Of a DNA stretch of 60,697 bases, positions 12,552 to 25,477 are shown piece after piece (position 1 is the first letter of the stretch; every line of letters starts with the position of its first letter). The DNA is taken from the NCBI RefSeq assembly GCF_001194135.2, contig NC_069002.1, forward strand, positions 31,559,969 to 31,620,665, read 5' to 3'. A model generated the notes under the pieces. The model saw only the letters and a list, made by a program, of their open reading frames with translations. It was not told the origin of the DNA and searched no databases. This DNA comes from Octopus bimaculoides. Its lineage: Eukaryota. The position numbers and the translations under genes are program-made.

Positions 12552-14008
12552 AAAATAGGATAAAGTCTTTATAAGAATTTATCAAGTAGTTAGCGTGAAT
12601 AACCTCATTAGGGAAAAATTTATTAATTATTCCCTTTCAATATATTTATGCCCTTAATATAAATATATATATATATATATCTGTGTACATATGTATGTAT
12701 GTATATGTATATATATAAACCAAACAACTTGGCAATCTGTGCCAAAAATCTCAATAGCTCTTCCTTAGTTCATCATCATCTGATGCCAGAAATCTGAGAT
12801 TGGTGAAGTGGATTTGTTGATCAGGAATTTATTTTATATAATATTTAAATCACTGACATTTTTACACAAAAAGAAAAATCCCCCCCCCACCAGCCACTCT
12901 CACAAAACAACAACAAGAAGGATAAGAAAAATTGTTGATTAAATAAAAAATAAAAACATTTTCTAATTTCTGTTATTAATTTTTTTGTTGTTGTTAAGTT
13001 AAATATAGGATTACAAATTTACTTCATCTTTCTAATTGTAAGTAATAATAATCCTATTCTATTATAGGCACAGGGCCTGAAATTCTAGGGGAGGGGGCTA
13101 GTTGATTACATTGACCCCAGAATTTCACTGGTACATAATTTATTGATCCCGAAAGGGTGAAAATCAAAGCTGATCTTGGCTGAATTTGAACCCAGAACAT
13201 AGCAATGGGCAAAATACTGCTAAGCACTTCGTCCAGCTCACTGCCTTAATAATAATGGTTTCAAATTTTGGCACAAGGCCAGCAATTTCAGGGCAGGGGT
13301 AGGTCGATCACATTTGACCCCAGTGCTCAACTGGTACTTATTCTATTGACTCCGAAAGGATCAAAGGGGAAGTTGACCCTGGTGGAATTTGAACTCAGAA
13401 CATATGAGGTGGTACCAAAAAGTTCCCGGACTAGTCCTGCAGCACACCAACAGGTGGCAGCACACAGTTGCATGCACAGTGAGAAGAAAAAAATCAACAA
13501 CATAATAATAATAAATGTTGTTACTAAATAAATAAATAAAAAATTCTAATTTTTGTTTTGTTGCAAGTTAGATATAGGATTGGTTGCTTATTTTTAATTC
13601 AACTTTCTAATTGAAAGTATTTAAACATACACACAGTAATAATTTCAAGTGTCAGAATGAGAAATAGGACCATGAATTAATTATTATGGAGTCAAATTAA
13701 TTTCTGTTAAGCAGCAACAATCAAAATTAATAATTAACTGTTCAATGAATGTAAACTGTCCACCAAACTCTCATCATTCTGAACACTTTTTATTGAGTAC
13801 AAGCTGATGAGGGGACATCAACGTGGTTGCTTGGACTTGCTAGAAATAGAAGTCAAATGTGTCTCAGATCTCACTAAGGAAAGGCGACTTTAGATCAGTG
13901 GCTCTCAACCATTTTTTGATAACATATGAACCCCTTTGCTTCCTATTTTATTCATAGGTGCCCACCCCATGGCTACTTGATGTTTAGAAAATCCTATTAT
14001 ATTTTCAT

Positions 14009-14166
14009 AAGGAGTGGCTGTGTGGTAAGTAGCTTGCTTACCAACCACATGGTTCCGGGTTCAGTCCCACTGCGTGGCACCTTGGACAAGTGTCTTCTAC
14101 TATAGCCTCGGGCCGACCAAAGCCTTGTGAATGGATTTGGTAGACGGAAACTGAAAGAAGCCCGTC

Positions 14167-14212
<46 letters not shown>

Positions 14213-14442
14213 TTGTGTGTCTGTGTTTGTCCCCCCCACCATCGCTTGACAACCGATGCTCGTGTGTTTACGTCCCCGTAACTTAGCGGTTCGGCAAAAA
14301 GAGACCGATAGAATAATTACTAGGCTTACAAAGAATAAGTCCTGGGGTTGATTTCTTTGACTAAAAAAACCCATCAAGGTGGTGCTCCAGCATGGACGCA
14401 GTCAAATGACTGAAATAAGAAGTAAAAGAATAGAAAAGAATA
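14009..14442 (+). mobile_element. tRNA-derived SINE family B, full length
   Basis: AGGAGTGGCTGTGTGGTAAG...GGTTCAGTCCC head, CACCTTGG.CAAGTGTCTT box, central (TA)n(TG)n, (GTAAAAGA)-type tail; ends about 20 nt from the exon 2 donor. At least 12 related copies in the window. Confidence 0.93.
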
Positions 14443-14462
14443 AAGAAAGGTTTTAGACGTAC

Positions 14463-15263
14463 GTGGATCGACTGAACAAGCTTCAGGAGATGGACAGTTG
14501 ACTTGTCCAAGCGATGGAGACGTTCTCTGCTTGTGGTGGTCACTGCTTTTCGACTGCTGCTGACCATCACATTGACTGGACAAACTGATATCCTGAGAGT
14601 TGCTGGTCACTTTAGGGAGAGAGTCCTGAATAGGGTAAAAGTGGCTGTTTGCTGGGCTGTTGCTCAACGTTGCAGTCCTATTAGTTGTGGAGGAAGTGGT
14701 GGCCGAGTGGTTGCCGCCGTACCCTTTCTCGATATGAATAGGAACAGTCCGTTCGATAGCGCCCCCTTTAACGGGGCCATATCTCCTACTTTCATTGAAA
14801 TCATAATCAACAGAGTACATTTGCCTTGAGCTGATACCTCCTGCCGAGGGGCGTAGTACGGCCCCGTTACTGAAAGCTGAAGGGGTACCCTGTGAGAGCG
14901 GAGCCCCACCGACTGCCCTGTGTATGCCACTCGCAGGAGCAGCAGCAGCAGCAGTCGTGGCACTGCCATCTGTTGGACAATAGGGAGAACGAGAGGAAGG
15001 TAAGTCTTTGTTTGATTCCAGGCAAGCGACAGCACTGTCGTAATAGTGCTGGGCTGTGGTAGGGGCCAGAGCTGAGGTACGCCCACCACCACGGGGCGCT
15101 CGACTCATGCTGGCCATTGACACATGAGAAGAAGGAGGAGCAGAAACTGTCGTGTTGGCTTGCCTCTCGACTCCATACTGAGGTTGGTACGGATGCACAC
15201 TGGCTTCCGTTATAGTAAGAGGCTGCAGAATTTTACGTGCATCCTTGAGACACCAGTTACTTT
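14463..15263 (-). CDS. OTUD7: OTUD7-like coding exon 2 (end of UBA-like domain plus long low-complexity insert)
   Basis: Acceptor gtttatttcatattctttcag, donor CCAC|GTACGT; 801 nt, phase 1-1, fully open. Starts (E)SNWCLKDARKIL, continuing the UBA-like motif (human G-KNWDVNAAL). Overlaps ORF 14374..15198. Confidence 0.8.
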
Positions 15264-16879
15264 CTGAAAGAATATGAAATAAACAAGACTTTTAGGTTTG
15301 TAAAATAAGAAAAGAACTAAAAGATAATAATAATATTAATAAATATGAAAAGAACTAAAAGATAATAGCAGGCAATAATAATAATAATAATTAATAATAA
15401 TAAATGCCCAGATGCAGTACCAGGCAGTGGCTCTCATGGCTTCTGATCTTAATTGATTGGAAGTGTTATCATGTACATTGTTTTGTCTTGGTATGAAAGA
15501 TGGGCTACAGCAAATATTCTGCTTAATACCACAGATTTGCTTGTCAGTTGTTTGACCTTAACCAGTTGAGCATGTCCCTTGGTGGCTGACGATATGTGCA
15601 TCTCTGATCTTGAGCAGAAGTAGTTAGGGAGCATCATAGCCATATGTTGAGAGGAATTCTTTGGGGCTTGAATAATTCACCTTTGGAAACATGGGTGTTT
15701 TGCTCAGCATCCTTAAACAAACCTTATTCAGGGACTTTTTGAGCGGAATGGCTACTTGACTTGTAGAAAATTCTAACTGAGCCCCACCTGCGAGGTCATG
15801 CGCTGTTTATCTTGATATGAGATCACCATGTCGCGCACATATGGTTGTGATGCATGTGCCTGGTGTACCCTTATCAGACGGGTAGTCATGATAGGTATAC
15901 TGGGCTTCATATATATTTACCCCAGTGACATTTTGATGGCATGCACTGCTTTCTCACTCAATAATAATAATAATAATAATAATAATAATTTTAACAGAGA
16001 AACAAAGCTGAATGCATGTAACATTTGATTAGATTGAGTTTCAATATTTATTTAATGTGATCCTGTGAGGACGAAACGTAGTAAAGTCAATGTAAGTTTA
16101 TAAATAAATGTTATTTACTTTGGTAAGTAAATAGCAAAAGGACATTTTGTCTGTCACTATTGACAATAAAAATAATCTCAAATTTAGAGCCAAGGCCATC
16201 AACTAAGGGTAGGAAAGGGGGTCAGTTGATTGAATCTTGAGTGGTGAAAAGTGGGGGAAGGGATTCACTGTCAAGAAAAGGTTGGCTAGTATTGAGAAAA
16301 TAATTTCTAATTTAAACACAAAGCCAGAGATTTTGATGGGAAGGGATCACTTTTTTTTACTCAGGTATACATCACACCTGCCATCTAGTGTTAAATTATC
16401 CTCATCATCATCATTATTTAAATGAGGTTCTCCATGCTGGTATGGGTTGGCTGGTTTGATAGGTGCTGGTAAGCAAGAGGACTGTGCCAAACTCTTCCAT
16501 CAGCTTTAGTACTGTTTCTATGGCTGTATGAAAAGCCCATCATACATACACACATGTGCACGCGCGCGTGTTTTCCCCACCCCTGCTTGACAACCAGTGT
16601 TGGTTTGTTTACATCCCTGAAACTTAATTCAGCAAAAGAGATCGATAGGATAAGCACCAGGTAGACAAATAAGTACTGGGCCGATTTGCCCAACTAAACC
16701 CCTTCAAAGAAATGCTCCAGCATGGTTTGAGTCCAACAACTGAAACAAGTAAAAGGTAGAGAATTCAATAAAGTGGTTAGGACCATATGAAATGAGACTC
16801 CAGGGTAGACTTGGCCAGTGGGCAAATCCAACCCACAGCTTACTGCCCTCGCTCTAGAATGAAAGGGAGTGAAGGCGCA

Positions 16880-17062
16880 GGGTCAAATGGCCAGGGCTTT
16901 GCCCTCGCAATCTTAAGATTGTGATTTCCTGGACTGGGTGGGGCACTGTGTTCATTTCAGCCTGGGATGGACTGGTGTCCTATTCAGGGGCAGCAGGTGG
17001 TAGTGTTGCGATTGTGGTCACTTGTATGCCATAGAAACCGGATGGAGGTCTGGCTTTATGAG
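16880..17062 (+). mobile_element. Probable decayed V-domain-like tRNA SINE
   Basis: GGGATGGACTGGTGTCCTATTCAGGGG...TATGCCATAGAAACCGGA resembles the recalled V-domain; single copy here. Confidence 0.4.
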
Positions 17063-17104
17063 TCATTGTGTTTGTAGAGTTTGTAGAGTGTGGTAGGTGG
17101 AGGC

Positions 17105-17280
17105 AGAGAATCATAGTGGTCCATAGTGAAGAGAGGCAGGGAATCACAAAAGACTGTAATAAAAGAGAGGCAAGGAATCGTAGTGGTCCATAGTAAAAGA
17201 GGCAGGGAATCATAGAATATAGTGAAGAGAGGCAGGGAATCATAGTAGAGAGTAGTGGAGGGGAGAGACAAGGAATTGTT
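17105..17280. repeat. About 33-bp degenerate tandem repeat
   Basis: GAATCATAGTGGTCCATAGTGAAGAGAGGCAGG-like units, about 5. Confidence 0.8.
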
Positions 17281-17760
17281 AAGCAATGTGCCATGATCAC
17301 AATACCATCTTAGTGAAATAATTAAAATGATGTTATTGCAGTGTTTAATGAGAGAGAGAGAGAAAGAGAGAACTAAATATTAGTTGTGTCTTGTAAAGTA
17401 AATAACTTTATAGACTTCTAGTAAGAGATGTAAATGAAGACTGTGGGGCGAGGAAGAGAGAAAATCAGAAAATACAACAAAATACACACACACACACACA
17501 TACACACATAATTTTGGGTTTTATTTTTAAAATATGTGAGAAAGAAAGAGAGGGAGAGAGTGTGTGTGTGTGTGTGTGTGTGATATAGGGAGAGCAAAAA
17601 AGTGAAAGAATTAGATTTTGAAGCAGCATTTCAACAATGTCATTAAATTAATCTGTAGATTCTTTACTGAAGATGAAGATATTTCTTCAGAAGGCTAGGT
17701 GTCATGGCACAGCTAAGGGGAGATACTGTGGCATAGATTAGGCCAGATGTCATTGTACAA

Positions 17761-18088
17761 CTAAGGCTGGAGGCGAGTGCTAAGGCCGGAGGCGAGTGCT
17801 AAGGTCGGAGGCGAGTGCCAAGGTCGGAGGCGAGTGCCAAGGTTGGAGGCGAGTGCCAAGGTTGGAGGCGAGTGCCAAGGCCGGAGGCGAGTGCTAAGGT
17901 CAGAGATGAGTGCCAAGGCCGGAGGCGAGTGCCAAGGCCGGAGGCGAGTGCTAAGGCCGGAGGCGAGTGCTAAGGTCGGAGGTGAGTGCTAAGGCCGGAG
18001 GCGAGTGCTAAGGTCGGAGGCGAGTGCTAAGGTCGAAGGTGAGTGCTAAGGTCGAAGGTGAGTGCCAAGGTCGGAGGTGAGCACCAAG
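17761..18088. repeat. 19-bp GC-rich minisatellite, about 17 units
   Basis: Unit (C/T)AAGG(C/T)CGGAGGCGAGTG(C), repeated in tandem. Confidence 0.97.
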
Positions 18089-18678
18089 AAATCTTAATTT
18101 CAAATTTTCAAAGATTTCACAATAATTTCTCTGCTGCAGTCACAAACAACAGAATTAATTATTAGCAATTAACTCAGTTGTAATTAAAATATATAATTAT
18201 CAGTATTTAATTATTGTTGTACTAAATTATTTGCAATTCGTAATTTAAAAGATTAAAATGTTTCAGAGAGTGCACGAATGAGGGAAACAGTTTGGAGTCC
18301 ACATGGAATTGTCAGAAGATTCAGCAACAATGATAAGAGTTCAATAAATCTTGATTACTTAATTAACAGCAGCTTTAATTAAAGTGAAGAAACCACTATA
18401 CAAGTATAGGCCAGCCATAGAATTAGTCATTGTAATGTTGTGGTGTATGGTAGGTGTGATGCTTTGGTGATTGGTGGCATGTGATCTGAGATAACCAGAG
18501 TCAAAAATATTTAGGCTTTGAATTATATTTAAATATGGCTACGAGCTATTGTTTTAATGATTTCGTTTATTGAGAACAGGGAAAGTGGATAACTGAATAA
18601 TTAGAAGTTTACAGTAGTGAAGCTTAGCAGTTAGAAGTCTTGTATCCTCTCATCGTTACTACATTGCCAGACACTTAA

Positions 18679-18898
18679 GTCTTTCGTTACCAACCTGGCT
18701 AAAACCGGCTCTGGCTCTGAGTACAAATGTCTTGTTTTCATAAGTTTTGAATTAAAATCTTCCACCAAACCTTAGTCACAATTTATGTTCCTGACACTAG
18801 CTTAATGATAATTAAGTTATTTTACTAAATTCTTTGTTATATTTAAAGTAATTGAAAGAAACACAAAGCATCTCAAAATAAATACAGTAATGAAAGGG
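18679..18898. mobile_element. piggyBac-type MITE (220 bp, TTAA flanks)
   Basis: TTAA at 18675-8 and 18899-902; termini (GT)CTTTCGTTAC / GTAATGAAAGGG; reverse copy at about 8951-9148. Confidence 0.8.
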
Positions 18899-18954
18899 TT
18901 AAGCCCAGACGACCTAACTGTAAACAGGTACTACAATGTGGTACCTAAAGATAT

Positions 18955-19135
18955 TTAATAAGTCCAGTCCATCGAGCTGTAAGTAGGTACCACTGAGTGG
19001 TATATATCAATGTGTCCATGACCAAGACACTTAACGGTCCAGTCTGCCTAGCTGTATGTTGGTACCACAGTAGTACAGTTCACAGCCCTGTGTCCATGAC
19101 CCAGTCCACCTAGCTGTAAGTAGGTACCACAGTAT
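18955..19135. repeat. Short degenerate tandem repeat, about 3 units
   Basis: Recurring CCAGTC..CTAGCTGTAAGTAGGTACCAC and GTGTCCATGACC. Confidence 0.7.
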
Positions 19136-19919
19136 GATAGAGTTTACTACTGTATGAAATAGCTCAACAGAGAAATTGCCAAGTATTTTGTCAGTTTAAA
19201 TTCAATTCCTTACATAGGAAAAAAAAATCATCTATAAAAGTCTAATTGTTTATTCTATCAAGCGATGAATTTAATTTACGCCTGGTTAATAAGAGATAAA
19301 TATAAATTAGCTTTTTTTATCATCACTAGTAAGAATATAAACAACATACAAAAGAGAGATGATAAGTAAAAATAAAATTGTGACATTACAATAGAATTGT
19401 TACCACATTGGACCAAATGCTAAGTGGCTTTACTTTAATGTCTGGAGTTCTTATTTCCAGACATAATCTGAAATAAACTCGACTGCTCTCACAAATGAGA
19501 ATACTAAAAATGAACCCAACTGCTCTCAAAAATTAAGTGAAAAAAAACAGGAAAAATAATCCAGAATCCTTGTCCAGTACCAGATCGATCCCAAAATCTA
19601 ATCAGTTCATGCCAGTCACGAGGCCAAACGTCCCTGACGGGGGTTGATTAAATACTGGGGTCAATTCAACGACCTAGACTCCTCTTGACAAAGTTTCTAG
19701 TCATGTGCTCATGCAAAAAAAATCACAGCAAACTGGCAGTATCATTAGCATGTTGGGCAAAATGCTTAGTGGTGTTTCATTTGTCTTTATGTTCAAATCC
19801 TGCTGAGGTCGACTTGGCCTTTCATCCTTTTGGAGTTAATAAAATAAGTACCAGGTGTATACTGGAGGTGATATAATCACCTAGACTCCTCACACAATAA
19901 TTGTGCCTATAATAGAAAG

Positions 19920-20130
19920 GATTATTATTACCTCCGCCTTAGTGGAGGCGGAGGTATTGTTTTCAGTTGTGTTTGTTTGTTTGTCCATGGACAAGATATT
20001 TCAAGAACTACTGGATGGATTTGGATGAAACTTTCAGAGATGTTTGGCCTCATGATTGGCACGGATTGATTAGATTTTGGGATTGATTCGGTAATGGACA
20101 AAGATTCTGGATTATTTTTTATATTTTCTT
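19920..20130 (+). mobile_element. Helentron-associated (HINE/DINE-like) non-autonomous element
   Basis: TTATTACCTCCGCC-TTAGTGGA-GGCGGAGG subterminal hairpin, (TTTG)n, then CAAGATATTTCAAGAACTACTGGATGGATTTGGATGAAACTTT. Partial inverted copy at 19552-19637; further fragment at about 20840-20885. Confidence 0.55.
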
Positions 20131-20411
20131 TACATGTATATGTAAAGTTTCACACAGTTCTCTTGTACACGCACACACATACATTCACACATTTTTAGCA
20201 TTGAATATTACCATCCCATTTCCATTGTACACACACACACACACGTGCACACAAACGCACCTCTCTTTTACACACACACTTCAAATGACCGTTTATTGGT
20301 TTTTTCACTCCTTTTTTCATTATTCCTCTATCACCCCTTACTTTCTCATTCACACGACACTCTCTTTACCATTTATCTCCTCTCCATTCACCTCTCACTC
20401 TGGCTCTATTT

Positions 20412-20470
<59 letters not shown>

Positions 20471-23439
20471 GCACACAAATATATAAAAAGACAATGCTCA
20501 TTATTATATTAGATTATACATACACTTTACGGTATACTTACATATATACATAATTCTATACATCGATCTTAAACAACAGGATTACCAAAGGAAGACCGGA
20601 ATTAAAGACCATGATGCAGTCTGCATTTCATTACAATTATAATTTTTATATTCAATTACGTTTCTTTACCAAAGTTCCTGTTGCATTTCAACGACTGTTT
20701 CCAAAACTTGTATGTAGTGACTCCTAAAGACTTGACGTGTGCACTCAAGTCATGCAAATATTTTCATTACACAAACACACACACACACGGCATTACAAAC
20801 ACAGCCTGCACACCCACTTGCACATTCCGTGAATTTCTCTGGGATCGATCTGGTACCGGGCAAGGTATATGGATCATTTTTCCGTTTGAGAGCGATTGGG
20901 TTCATTTTTAGGATTCTCGTTTGTGGGAGCAGTCAAGTTTATTTCAGATATTCTCATTTTAAAAACCATCTCTGGCTAATCGTTGAGAGGACGTTGGTGT
21001 TGCCTTGGCGGAGGTTTGTGCTCTCTGAGTGCTCATTATTATTATTATTATTACAAATAACCATTTGTAGTACATGGGAGAATAGTGGAGACGTGAAACA
21101 GTATGAGTTGTGGGACAGTAAATGAAATATTTACTGTTTAATAAATATATCCTGTATCGTATTTACAATCATTTAAGTTGGAAAATATAAAAAATATTTA
21201 AAAAAAAAAACCCAACTATTCAACAGACATTGTTTATATCTATCAGTTAAAAATAATACAACAATGATTGATAATAGATTTATTATAAAGACTGATACTA
21301 CCACCTCCACCACCACCACTACTACTGTTGCTGCCTCTGCCATCACCACCACTACTACTACTACTACTACGACTACCACCACCACCACCACTAACACCAC
21401 CTTCACAACAGTCACTACCACCAACACCACCTCCACAACAATTATCACCACCACCACCTCGACAACTATTATTGCCACCACTACCACCAATGCCAACACC
21501 ACAACTGTTATTACTACCACCACCACCACCATTATTATTATTACTATTACCATCACCAATATTATCATCACTATTACCATCACCAATATTATCATCATCA
21601 TCATTATTCAGTCTTTTATGATATGATTTATATCAGTCCTATATAATATGACAGTTGTCGTAGAATTCCATCTATACAATTATGCATTCAGGTATTAGTG
21701 ACAAAGATCTTATAAATAATAGAAGTTGGGATGGTGAAAATAAAAAAAAAAAAAACTGTATGCACAAGATTCAAATATGTAACATAAATGTGTTACATAT
21801 ACATATATACATACATACATATATATGACCCTAACAAATATTAATCACACACATACACACTCACACAAACGTGAACACACACATACACACACCATCCTAC
21901 CATAGATAAAACACACACATACTCATATACACATGCCACACACGCACGCACGCATACAGACATAGACATACACATACATATGAACCATCACACACATACG
22001 TTTGCTTACACACACACACACGCACACACCACAAGGATATTTAAAACAACACACCCACTCAGACAGAGAGAGACACACACACACTCCCACACTCACACAA
22101 AACACTCCCACGCACACACACAGATGCACACATACATACACACACATATGCACACACCCTCACNNNNNNNNNNNNNNNNNNNNNNNNNNNNNNNNNNNNN
22201 NNNNNNNNNNNNNNNNNNNNNNNNNNNNNNNNNNNNNNNNNNNNNNNNNNNNNNNNNNNNNNNNNNNNNNNNNNNNNNNNNNNNNNNNNNNNNNNNNNNN
22301 NNNNNNNNNNNNNNNNNNNNNNNNNNNNNNNNNNNNNNNNNNNNNNNNNNNNNNNNNNNNNNNNNNNNNNNNNNNNNNNNNNNNNNNNNNNNNNNNNNNN
22401 NNNNNNNNNNNNNNNNNNNNNNNNNNNNNNNNNNNNNNNNNNNNNNNNNNNNNNNNNNNNNNNNNNNNNNNNNNNNNNNNNNNNNNNNNNNNNNNNNNNN
22501 NNNNNNNNNNNNNNNNNNNNNNNNNNNNNNNNNNNNNNNNNNNNNNNNNNNNNNNNNNNNNNNNNNNNNNNNNNNNNNNNNNNNNNNNNNNNNNNNNNNN
22601 NNNNNNNNNNNNNNNNNNNNNNNNNNNNNNNNNNNNNNNNNNNNNNNNNNNNNNNNNNNNNNNNNNNNNNNNNNNNNNNNNNNNNNNNNNNNNNNNNNNN
22701 NNNNNNNNNNNNNNNNNNNNNNNNNNNNNNNNNNNNNNNNNNNNNNNNNNNNNNNNNNNNNNNNNNNNNNNNNNNNNNNNNNNNNNNNNNNNNNNNNNNN
22801 NNNNNNNNNNNNNNNNNNNNNNNNNNNNNNNNNNNNNNNNNNNNNNNNNNNNNNNNNNNNNNNNNNNNNNNNNNNNNNNNNNNNNNNNNNNNNNNNNNNN
22901 NNNNNNGTGCCATGCAGTGGGACTGAACCTGAAACCATGTTGTTGGGAAGCAAGCTTCTTACCACACAGCCATGCCTGCACCCCTCTCTCTCTCTCTCTG
23001 AGTGGTTGGCGTTAGGAAGGGCATCCAGCTGTAGAAACTCTGCCAAATCAGACTGGAGCCTGGTGTTGCCATCCGGTTTCACCAGTCCTCAGTCAAATCG
23101 TCCAACCCATGCTAGCATGGAAAGCGGACGTTAAACGATGATGATGATGATGATGATATAAAGGGGCAGGTGTGGCAAGAAGCCTGATTTGTAAGCAAGG
23201 TGGTTGTGGGTTCAGCCCTACTACACAGCACATTGCCTTTTACTATAGCTCCAGGCTAGTCAATGCCTTGTGAGTGAATTCGGTAGAGGTGAAAACTGTG
23301 TGGAAGCCTGCCATACATATGTGTGTGTGTGTCTTTGTGTTTGTACCACTCCCACCCAATGTTTGATAACCAGTATTGGTTTTTATGTTCCTCTAACTCA
23401 GCAGTTTCACAAAAGAGTCCAACAGAATATGTGTGTGCA

Positions 23440-23522
<83 letters not shown>

Positions 23523-24454
23523 NNNNNNNNNNNNNNNNNNNNNNNNNNNNNNNNNNNNNNNNNNNNNNNNNNNNNNNNNNNNNNNNNNNNNNNNNNNNNN
23601 NNNNNNNNNNNNNNNNNNNNNNNNNNNNNNNNNNNNNNNNNNNNNNNNNNNNNNNNNNNNNNNNNNNNNNNNNNNNNNNNNNNNNNNNNNNNNNNNNNNN
23701 NNNNNNNNNNNNNNNNNNNNNNNNNNNNNNNNNNNNNNNNNNNNNNNNNNNNNNNNNNNNNNNNNNNNNNNNNNNNNNNNNNNNNNNNNNNNNNNNNNNN
23801 NNNNNNNNNNNNNNNNNNNNNNNNNNNNNNNNNNNNNNNNNNNNNNNNNNNNNNNNNNNNNNNNNNNNNNNNNNNNNNNNNNNNNNNNNNNNNNNNNNNN
23901 NNNNNNNNNNNNNNNNNNNNNNNNNNNNNNNNNNNNNNNNNNNNNNNNNNNNNNNNNNNNNNNNNNNNNNNNNNNNNNNNNNNNNNNNNNNNNNNNNNNN
24001 NNNNNNNNNNNNNNNNNNNNNNNNNNNNNNNNNNNNNNNNNNNNNNNNNNNNNNNNNNNNNNNNNNNNNNNNNNNNNNNNNNNNNNNNNNNNNNNNNNNN
24101 NNNNNNNNNNNNNNNNNNNNNNNNNNNNNNNNNNNNNNNNNNNNNNNNNNNNNNNNNNNNNNNNNNNNNNNNAGGGTGTATAGGCACAGGACATGTGGTT
24201 AAGAATCTTAGTTTCCAACTGTGTGGTCTCAGGTTCAGTCCCACTGCGTGGCACCTTGGCAAGTTTCTTCTACTAGATCCCAGACTGACTAAAGGGATTT
24301 TGGTAGATAGAAACAAAAAGAAGCCTATCACACACACACACACACACACACGTATGTATGTATGCGTGTGTTTCTGCATACCCGTGTCTTGATGTCATGT
24401 ATTGGTTGTAAGCAGGCATCACCATTATACCAGTGATACTATAGGATAGTGAAA

Positions 24455-24815
24455 CGTGGGTCTTGAATGTGGGGGCCATGTGAAGATTAGAGAGGAGGGA
24501 GGTTAGTAAGCTTCGTTGGATGTGCAATGCAAGTGTCCCTAATGACAAAGGGCTGAGGTATTGAAAGAAAAATTAGCCACAGGGAGAACCAGAAAGAAGA
24601 CTGCAGCGGTTTGGTTATGTAATACACATGGACGAGGACAGCTGCATGAAGAAATACCAGCCACTTAAAATGGATGGAATTTGTGGAAGGAGGAGACCCC
24701 AGGAAAACACGAGATTAAGCTGACTTCAAGATACTGAGCCTGATGGAGGAGACGACAAAGGACCGAGATGGTCAGCAATCTGTCGTGCTCAAGAAGAGCT
24801 GTCCATCACCGTAAA
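24455..24815 (+). mobile_element. RTE-type LINE 3' coding fragment
   Basis: Degenerate RLERREVSKLRWMCNASV...RRLQRFGYVIHMDEDSCMKK...GICGRRRP.KT. Confidence 0.8.
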
Positions 24816-25477
24816 GATGAAGCTTTGTTAATGTTTGTATGTGCTGGGCCCTGCCCTTGCTCCCTTTCTGCCCTGTTAAACATTCCCCACATCTCATTTC
24901 CATAATTCCCTAACCCCTGACATCAATCCCTCTTAAGCACATATTAAATCCACCAATGAGGCCCTAAAAACACTTTTTCAATCCTTGTACGTGCTGGGTC
25001 CTGCCTTGTCTGCTTTCTGCCCTGTTAAACATTCCCCACAGCTCATCTCCATAATTCCCTACCCCTAACAACCACCCCTTCCTAAATGCACACATTACAT
25101 CCACCAATTCTTTGCACTACCATCCACCACCTTCCTGTAACCACTTCTATCCCTCCCTCCCCACACTAATATCACTAACCTCCTCTCATATCAGCCACCA
25201 TGCCTCAATCACTATAACTACCATTATATACCCATACATCTCCCATGGCCTAGTGGTTAGAGCAGCGGACTTACAGTCGAGGGATTGTGGGTTCAAATCT
25301 CAGACTGGGCAATGTGTGTGTTTATGAGCAAACACCTAAGCTCCATGTGGCTCGGGCAGAAGGTAATGGCTAAGATGTGGCAGCTACGAGAGTCAAACAT
25401 AAAAGGTTGTCCTTGTGGTCATTGGAGTATTGGGTTGAATACCAACCCAACCTGAAGAAACATTTGAAACTGCAGCG

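Noticed and set aside
13804-13850. CTGATGA...GAAA matches here and at 25452, 39972 and 60219
   Set aside because: No stem I or II pairing or NUH triplet in hammerhead geometry.
14374-14462. C-terminal part of ORF 14374..15198 and its GTG start
   Set aside because: Read-through past the GTACGT donor into a SINE tail; the real exon is 15263-14463.
17761-18088. Possible CRISPR-like array
   Set aside because: Head-to-tail units with no unique spacers, in a eukaryotic intron.
21980-24392. Long ORFs in the track (also about 29.3-30.3, 31.1-32.7, 40.5-41.6, 44.2-45.5, 51.4-52.2, 57.7-58.2 kb)
   Set aside because: They are runs of X across N gaps flanked by microsatellite or SINE translations.
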